Assembly (NCBI GenBank): GCA_038245295.1
Contig: JBBRSP010000012.1
Location: 136,798 to 200,797, forward strand
Reading direction: 5' to 3'
DNA length: 64,000 bases
Source: Candidatus Binatia bacterium
Lineage (GTDB): Bacteria; Desulfobacterota; Binatia; HRBIN30
Part shown: positions 58,179 to 64,000 of the stretch, in pieces
How the letters are laid out: each line of letters starts with the position of its first letter
Numbering within the stretch: the stretch's first letter is position 1
The notes under the pieces: model-generated
Database searches by the model: none
The model's input: the letters and a program-made list of their open reading frames with translations, nothing else
Told to the model about the DNA's origin: nothing
Translations under genes and position numbers: made by a program

Positions 58179-61100
58179 TTACAGAGGCCGAGCGACACAC
58201 GTCAGGCGCAGGAGGGCGCGCTTGGTGCGAGGCTTGGGAGCGTGATCGTCGAGTGACTTACTGCGGACACTGAACCGTGCTCGCGCACTCTCCTTAGAGC
58301 GTGCACTGGCCGCGAACACCGTCAGGGTCTGCGGTGCGCTGCACAGATTTGTTTGGCCCGGCACCAAGGGTGTCTGATTCGAGAAGCCGGCACCAGGGTT
58401 GGCCGGATCGAAGAGTTGGCTTGCGGCCATCCCCATCGCCGCCGTGTTGGCTTGATAGACGGGACCGAGCACCGGGTTGGAAGCTAGTGCCGTCCGCAGC
58501 GGTCGGATCTCGAGGCTGCCCAAGCCCGCCGGCGTGCACAGGGCCAGACTAGCGTCGTCGGTGTTGGCACAAATCACCGTTACGAAGCCACAGCGCCCCG
58601 GCGTCGGGTCGAAGTCACAGGTTGGGTCCTGGTCCAGGCAGCTCTGGTAGGAATTCGGTAGCCCGAACTTGTCGAGAGGATTGTTCGGATTGACGACGAA
58701 GAACTCGTGCTGACAACCCTTGATGTCCTTCGCCGGGTTCTTGCGGCTACCGCGGATCCACAGGCTGGTACCGCCGGCGCTGTAGGTGCAGTGGAACGCC
58801 GGGTCAGAGGGACACGATTCGGCAGAACCATCGGGTGCCGGCGAGGCGCCGGTGTACTGGTTGCCGTCGTCGCAGGACTCGCCCGCCTCCGTCACACCGT
58901 TGCCGCAGCAGTTGTTGGTCGTATGCGAGACACACGAACCGCCGCCGTCGCAGGCGTGTGTGCAGTTGTTACCCGCTGGATCAAATCCAACAGAGTTCGG
59001 GCCAGGGCCGAAACACTGGGTGTCGATCGTCGCATCGCGCGGCAAACAATGGCCGTCGCCGTCGCAGCTGTCGGGATCGGTGCATTCCGTGTCGGTGCTG
59101 CTGCCGCAAAGGGTTGCATTGGCCTCGAAGCCATCGGGAGGACAAGCGACGCCCGAGGTTCCCGGACAGAAGTCGGGGAGATCGCACTGACCGGCATCGG
59201 GACGACAGATCGTCGCCGCCGTCGAGAACGAGTCGGTGGGACAGGCTTGATCATGCGTACCCGTGCAGTGTTCGTCGGGGTCGCAGACCGAGCCACCGTT
59301 TGGGTTGCCCGAGCCGACATCGCAAACCGTCGTCGGCGGCATGACGACGTCCGGCGGACAAGCGCTGTCGGGAGCGCCGTTGCAGGTTTCCTGCGGATCG
59401 CAGATGTTGTCGCGCGACGCATCCGCGACGTTGGTGCCGTTGTCACAAACAAAACCGGCTGGTTTGAACGAGTCGACCGGACATGCGCCACCCGGGGTGG
59501 CAGGGCAGTGTTCGTCCGGATCGCAGACCGCGTCACGCGAGCCATCGGCGCTGGTCGTGCCTGGATTGCAGACCGTCGCCGCAGACGAGAAGGAATCAAC
59601 CGGACACGCCTGATCGTGCGTTCCCGAGCAGTACTCATCCGGGTCACAGACAAAGCCCGAACCGTTCGGGTCGCCGGAGCCGACATCGCAGACCGTCGTC
59701 GACGGAGCGACGACGTCAGGCGGGCAGGCGGCCGAGGGTTGGTTCAGAACGGCAGCCGCGATCCCGGGGCAGAACTCTTGCGGATCGCAGACGGCATCTC
59801 GACCCGCGTCGGCAGCGTTCGTTCCAGAGTTACAAACGACAGTCGATGGCGAGAACACATCGGGCGGGCAAGCCTGATCGTGGATACCGGTACAGTGCTC
59901 ACTAGGGTCACACGTAAAGCCCGTACCATTGGGATCGCCCGATCCGTTGTCACAGATCGTCGTGGTAGGCGCGACGGTGTCGACAGGGCAGGCCCCACCA
60001 GCCGTGCCGGGGCAGACTTCCTGCGGATCACAGATCGCATCGCGCGTTGAATCGGCGGCATTCGTACCGGCGTTACACACGGTCCCAGAGGACGAACGTG
60101 TATCGGCCGCGCATGCTGTATCGGCCGTACCACTGCAGTGCTCATCCGGATCGCAGACAAAACCCGATCCGTTCGGATCGCCTGATCCAACGTCACACAC
60201 CGTCGTCGGCGGAGCGATCGTATCCGGCGGGCAAGCGCCACCGGCCGTTCCCGGGCAAACTTCTTGTGGATCGCAGATCGCGTCACGGCCGGCATCGGCA
60301 GCGTTCGTTCCGGCGTTGCACACCGTGCCGACGCTCGATCGTGTGTCGGCAGGACAGGCCGTATCGGCGGTGCCGCTGCAATGCTCGTCCGGATCGCAGG
60401 CAAAACCCGAGCCGTTCGGATCACCCGAGCCGATGTCACACACCGTCGTCGGCGGCGCGATCGTATCCGGTGGGCAAGCGCCACCGGCCGTCCCAGGGCA
60501 AACTTCCTGCGGATCACAGATCGCGTCGCGACTCGAGTCGGCTGCATTCGTTCCGGCGTTACAGACCGTGCCTGGACTGGCGCGGCTGTCGGCTGGACAC
60601 GCCGTATCGGCGGTGCCGCTGCAGTATTCGTCGGGATCACAAACGAAGCCCGAGCCGTTCGGGTCGCCCGAGCCAAGGTCACAGATGGTGGTGGAAGGAG
60701 CCACCGTATCGACCGGGCAAGCGCCGCCGGCGGTTCCGGGGCAAACCTCCTGCGGGTCGCAGATTGCGTCACGGCTGGAATCGGCACCGTTCGTTCCGCC
60801 ATTACAAACCGTGCCGACACTCGAGCGCGTATCGGAGGGACACGCTGTATCGGCAGTACCGCTGCAGTGTTCGTCCGGATCGCAGACAAAGCCGGATCCA
60901 TTCGGATCTCCCGAGCCTACGTCACAGACCGTCGTCGACGGAGCAATCGTGTCCGGCGGGCAAGCACCGCCGGCGACTCCGGGACAGAATTCTTGTGGAT
61001 CGCAGATCGCATCGCGGCTGGCGTCCGCCCCGTTGGTGCCCGGATTACAAACCGTCCCGGCGCTGGAGAATGTATCGGGGGGACAGTTGGCGCTGCTTCC

Positions 61101-64000
61101 GGTGCAGGTCTCGCTCGGATCGCAGGTGAAGCCGGAACTGTTGGGATCGCCACTGCCGGTGCGGCAAACAAAGGTCGTCGGTTGGAACTGATCGACCGGG
61201 CATGTGGTGCTCGCCCCGGTGCACGTCTCGGCCACGTCACACACGCCGGCCGAGGCGCGGCACGTTGCACCGGCGTTGCCCGCCGGATGCTGACACGCGT
61301 CATCGGCGCCGTCGCACTGATCGGCGCTGCAAGGATTGCCATCGTCCGTACACGAAGTGCCGCTCGCCACCTTGGCGTCGGCCGGGCATGCAGCGGCGCT
61401 GCCGCTGCAATTCTCGACCGGGTCACACTCGCCGGCTGAAGCACGACATAGAGTTGTGGTCGCCACAAACACATCGGTCGGGCAGAGGGTGCTCAACCCG
61501 GTGCAGGTCTCGGCAACGTCACAGATGCCGGCTGCGATGCGGCATACCGCGCCGGCGTTACCGGCGGGGTGTTGGCAAGCGTCGGCAATGCCGTCGCATT
61601 GATCGAGGCTACACGGATTGCCGTCGTCGCCGCACGACGTCCCGCTCGGCTGTTTGGCGTCGGTCGGACAGGCGGCGCTGCTGCCACTGCAGTTGTCGGC
61701 CAGGTCGCACTCGTCGACCGCACCGCGACACGTCACCGAGGTCGCGGCAAAGACATCGGTCGGGCAGGTCGTGCTGGCCCCGGTGCAGGTTTCCGCGACG
61801 TCACAGACACCGGCCGAGGCACGGCATGTCGCACCGGCATTGCCGGCAGGGTGTTGGCAAGCGTCGGCGGTACCGTTGCACTCGTCGACGCTGCAAGGAT
61901 TACCGTCGTCCGTACACGACGTTCCGCTCGATTTCTTCGCGTCGGCCGGACAAGCAGCACTACTACCCGTGCAGTTGTCGGCTTGATCACACTCGTCAAC
62001 CGCGTTGCGGCAGGTAACCGTGGTCGCCGCGAATACGTCGGTCGGACACGTTGTACTGGCACCGGTGCAGGTTTCGGCGACATCACAGACGCCGGCTGAC
62101 GCGCGACAAGTCACTCCGGCATTGCCGGCCGGATGTTGACAGGCGTCCGCCGAGCCATTGCATTGATCACTGCTGCATGGATTGCCGTCATCGATACACG
62201 AGGTACCGCTCGGCTTCTTGGCATCGGCGGGGCAGGCGGCACTGCTGCCGCTGCAGTTATCGGTTTGATCACACTCGTCGACGGCGCCACGGCAGGTAAG
62301 CGTTATCGCCGCAAAGGCATCCGTCGGGCAGATGACGCTCGCACCCGTACAGGTCTCGGCAACGTCACAGATGCCCGCCGAGATGCGACACACTGCCCCG
62401 GCGTTGCCGGCGGGGTGCTGACACGCGTCGGAGCTGCCGTTGCATTGGTCGACGCTGCAGGGGTTACCCTCATCGGTGCAAGACGTACCGCTCGGCTGCT
62501 TCGCGTCAGTTGGACAGGCAGCGGCGCTGCCGCTGCAGTTGTCGGCCAGATCACACTCGTCGACCGCCGAACGGCACAGAGTCGTGGAGGAAGCGAAGAT
62601 GTCGGTTGGGCAGGTGTTGGCCGAGCCATCGCAAACTTCTGCCACGTCGCAGATTCCCGCCGCGGCTCGGCACAGTGTCCCCGATGCCTCGACGGCATCG
62701 GCCGGGCAAGCGCTACCAGTACCTGTGCAGCTCTCGGCGATGTCACAACCGCCCGCAACAGCCGGACGACAGATCGTGCTCGTCGAGGCGAAGCCATCCG
62801 GCGGGCACGTGTTGGCCGACCCATTACAAACCTCGGCCACGTCACAGACGCCGGCCGATGCTCGGCAGGTGGTTGCCGATGCCACGACAACATCCGTCGG
62901 ACATACGACTGAACTGCCGGTACAGGATTCCGCCACGTCGCAACCGCCAGGCACCGCCGGGCGACAGACCGTGCTCGTCGAGGCAAAGGCGTCGGTCGGA
63001 CATGTATTCGAGGATCCGTTACAAACCTCAGCCACGTCGCAGATGCCGGCTGAGCCACGACACGTTGTCACCGAGGCTACGACGACATCGGCGGGACACG
63101 CCGCGGCGCTGCCCGTGCAGTTCTCCGCGACATCGCAACCACCAGGTATGGCGGCGCGACAGACCGTGCTGGTCGACGCCAGCACATCAGTCGGACACGT
63201 ATTCGATGATCCGTCACAAACTTCGGCGACGTCACAGACGCCGGCCGCAGCGCGACACGTTGTCCCTGAAGCGACGACGGCGTCGGCCGGACAAGCCGCG
63301 GCGCCGCCCGTGCAGTTCTCCGCCACGTCGCAACCGCCAGGCACCGCGGCACGGCAAACCGTGCTCGTCGACGCAAACACGTCGGTCGGACATGTATTCG
63401 ATGATCCGTCACAAACTTCGGCGACGTCACAGACGCCGGCCGCAGCACGACACGTTGTCCCTGACGCGACGACGACGTCGGTGGGACATGCTGCGGCGCT
63501 GCCGGTACAGGATTCCGCCACGTCGCAACCGCCAGGCACCGCCGGGCGACAGACTGTGCTCGTCGAGGCAAAGACGTCGGTCGGACACGTATTGGCTGAC
63601 CCGTTACAGACCTCGGCCACGTCACAAACGCCCGCCGATGCTCGGCAGGTTGTTCCCGATGCCACGACAACATCCGTCGGACAGGCGACTGAACTGCCGG
63701 TACAGGATTCCGCCACGTCGCAACCGCCAGGCACCGCCGGGCGACAGACCGTGCTCGTCGAGGCAAAGGCGTCGGTCGGACATGTATTCGATGATCCGTT
63801 ACAAACCTCAGCCACGTCGCAGATGCCGGCTGAGCCACGACACGTTGTCCCCGAGGCTACGACAACATCCGTCGGACACGCCGCCGCACTGCCGGTACAA
63901 TTCTCCGCCACGTCGCAACCGCCAGGTACCGCGGCGCGACATACCGTGCTCGTCGACGCAAACACGTCGGTCGGACATGTATTCGATGATCCGTCACAAA
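58179..64000 (-). CDS. giant Cys-rich repeat surface protein (5' end outside window) with disintegrin-like, CxDDGNPC and Myxococcus-type Cys repeats
   Basis: >1900 aa open frame; dozens of CRxxxGxCDxAExCxGxxxxCPxD units; CGNGVTEAGESCDDGN; unique C-terminal domain. Confidence 0.92.
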   Translation of the reverse strand, partial: CDGSSNTCPTDVFASTSTVCRAAVPGGCDVAENCTGSAAACPTDVVVASGTTCRGSAGICDVAEVCNGSSNTCPTDAFASTSTVCRPAVPGGCDVAESCTGSSVACPTDVVVASGTTCRASAGVCDVAEVCNGSANTCPTDVFASTSTVCRPAVPGGCDVAESCTGSAAACPTDVVVASGTTCRAAAGVCDVAEVCDGSSNTCPTDVFASTSTVCRAAVPGGCDVAENCTGGAAACPADAVVASGTTCRAAAGVCDVAEVCDGSSNTCPTDVLASTSTVCRAAIPGGCDVAENCTGSAAACPADVVVASVTTCRGSAGICDVAEVCNGSSNTCPTDAFASTSTVCRPAVPGGCDVAESCTGSSVVCPTDVVVASATTCRASAGVCDVAEVCNGSANTCPPDGFASTSTICRPAVAGGCDIAESCTGTGSACPADAVEASGTLCRAAAGICDVAEVCDGSANTCPTDIFASSTTLCRSAVDECDLADNCSGSAAACPTDAKQPSGTSCTDEGNPCSVDQCNGSSDACQHPAGNAGAVCRISAGICDVAETCTGASVICPTDAFAAITLTCRGAVDECDQTDNCSGSSAACPADAKKPSGTSCIDDGNPCSSDQCNGSADACQHPAGNAGVTCRASAGVCDVAETCTGASTTCPTDVFAATTVTCRNAVDECDQADNCTGSSAACPADAKKSSGTSCTDDGNPCSVDECNGTADACQHPAGNAGATCRASAGVCDVAETCTGASTTCPTDVFAATSVTCRGAVDECDLADNCSGSSAACPTDAKQPSGTSCGDDGNPCSLDQCDGIADACQHPAGNAGAVCRIAAGICDVAETCTGLSTLCPTDVFVATTTLCRASAGECDPVENCSGSAAACPADAKVASGTSCTDDGNPCSADQCDGADDACQHPAGNAGATCRASAGVCDVAETCTGASTTCPVDQFQPTTFVCRTGSGDPNSSGFTCDPSETCTGSSANCPPDTFSSAGTVCNPGTNGADASRDAICDPQEFCPGVAGGACPPDTIAPSTTVCDVGSGDPNGSGFVCDPDEHCSGTADTACPSDTRSSVGTVCNGGTNGADSSRDAICDPQEVCPGTAGGACPVDTVAPSTTICDLGSGDPNGSGFVCDPDEYCSGTADTACPADSRASPGTVCNAGTNAADSSRDAICDPQEVCPGTAGGACPPDTIAPPTTVCDIGSGDPNGSGFACDPDEHCSGTADTACPADTRSSVGTVCNAGTNAADAGRDAICDPQEVCPGTAGGACPPDTIAPPTTVCDVGSGDPNGSGFVCDPDEHCSGTADTACAADTRSSSGTVCNAGTNAADSTRDAICDPQEVCPGTAGGACPVDTVAPTTTICDNGSGDPNGTGFTCDPSEHCTGIHDQACPPDVFSPSTVVCNSGTNAADAGRDAVCDPQEFCPGIAAAVLNQPSAACPPDVVAPSTTVCDVGSGDPNGSGFVCDPDEYCSGTHDQACPVDSFSSAATVCNPGTTSADGSRDAVCDPDEHCPATPGGACPVDSFKPAGFVCDNGTNVADASRDNICDPQETCNGAPDSACPPDVVMPPTTVCDVGSGNPNGGSVCDPDEHCTGTHDQACPTDSFSTAATICRPDAGQCDLPDFCPGTSGVACPPDGFEANATLCGSSTDTECTDPDSCDGDGHCLPRDATIDTQCFGPGPNSVGFDPAGNNCTHACDGGGSCVSHTTNNCCGNGVTEAGESCDDGNQYTGASPAPDGSAESCPSDPAFHCTYSAGGTSLWIRGSRKNPAKDIKGCQHEFFVVNPNNPLDKFGLPNSYQSCLDQDPTCDFDPTPGRCGFVTVICANTDDASLALCTPAGLGSLEIRPLRTALASNPVLGPVYQANTAAMGMAASQLFDPANPGAGFSNQTPLVPGQTNLCSAPQTLTVFAASARSKESARARFSVRSKSLDDHAPKPRTKRALLRLTCVARPL

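Noticed and set aside
58179..64000. CRISPR-like or non-coding repeat array
   Set aside because: Repeat periods are multiples of 3, vary at synonymous positions and lie in one open frame; there are no unique spacers or cas genes

Overview
High-GC bacterial chromosome segment, most likely from a deltaproteobacterium-like lineage. A decayed 'VTIDEL..AVN..L..C..D...G.VTIDE....ALNGC' dockerin-like tail at ~34.6 kb resembles Candidatus Binatia proteins (inference from memory). The left third is mostly housekeeping: tRNA-Gly(CCC), rlmE, pgeF, an MmgE/PrpD protein, ssb, a sigma54-promoter-bearing beta-barrel porin, mreBCD-mrdA-rodA and an L,D-transpeptidase. The middle is accessory: a stand-alone A-T-TE NRPS-like gene with a divergent PPTase, two broken toxin-antitoxin pairs, and a frameshifted four-helix-bundle gene bracketed by 9-mer tandem repeats. 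It also holds a DUF2126 / CP-ATP-grasp+alpha-E / transglutaminase amidoligase operon, a RAYT pseudogene beside a REP-flanked GIY-YIG gene, and an ECF sigma / ZAS-vWA anti-sigma / ~1000-aa exported protein operon with a SigW-type promoter. The right part has asd, tsaA, a MacAB-like ABC exporter, a bufferin-type RiPP locus (precursor-DUF692-DUF2063) and the 3' part of a giant Cys-rich disintegrin-like repeat protein. Intergenic DNA carries at least six families of small palindromic or tandem-repeat elements. Some occur both empty and wrapped around a small helper-type gene, and one sits inside a MITE with perfect 18-bp TIRs. No CRISPR array or rRNA was seen. All family assignments come from motif recognition by eye; no database search was run.
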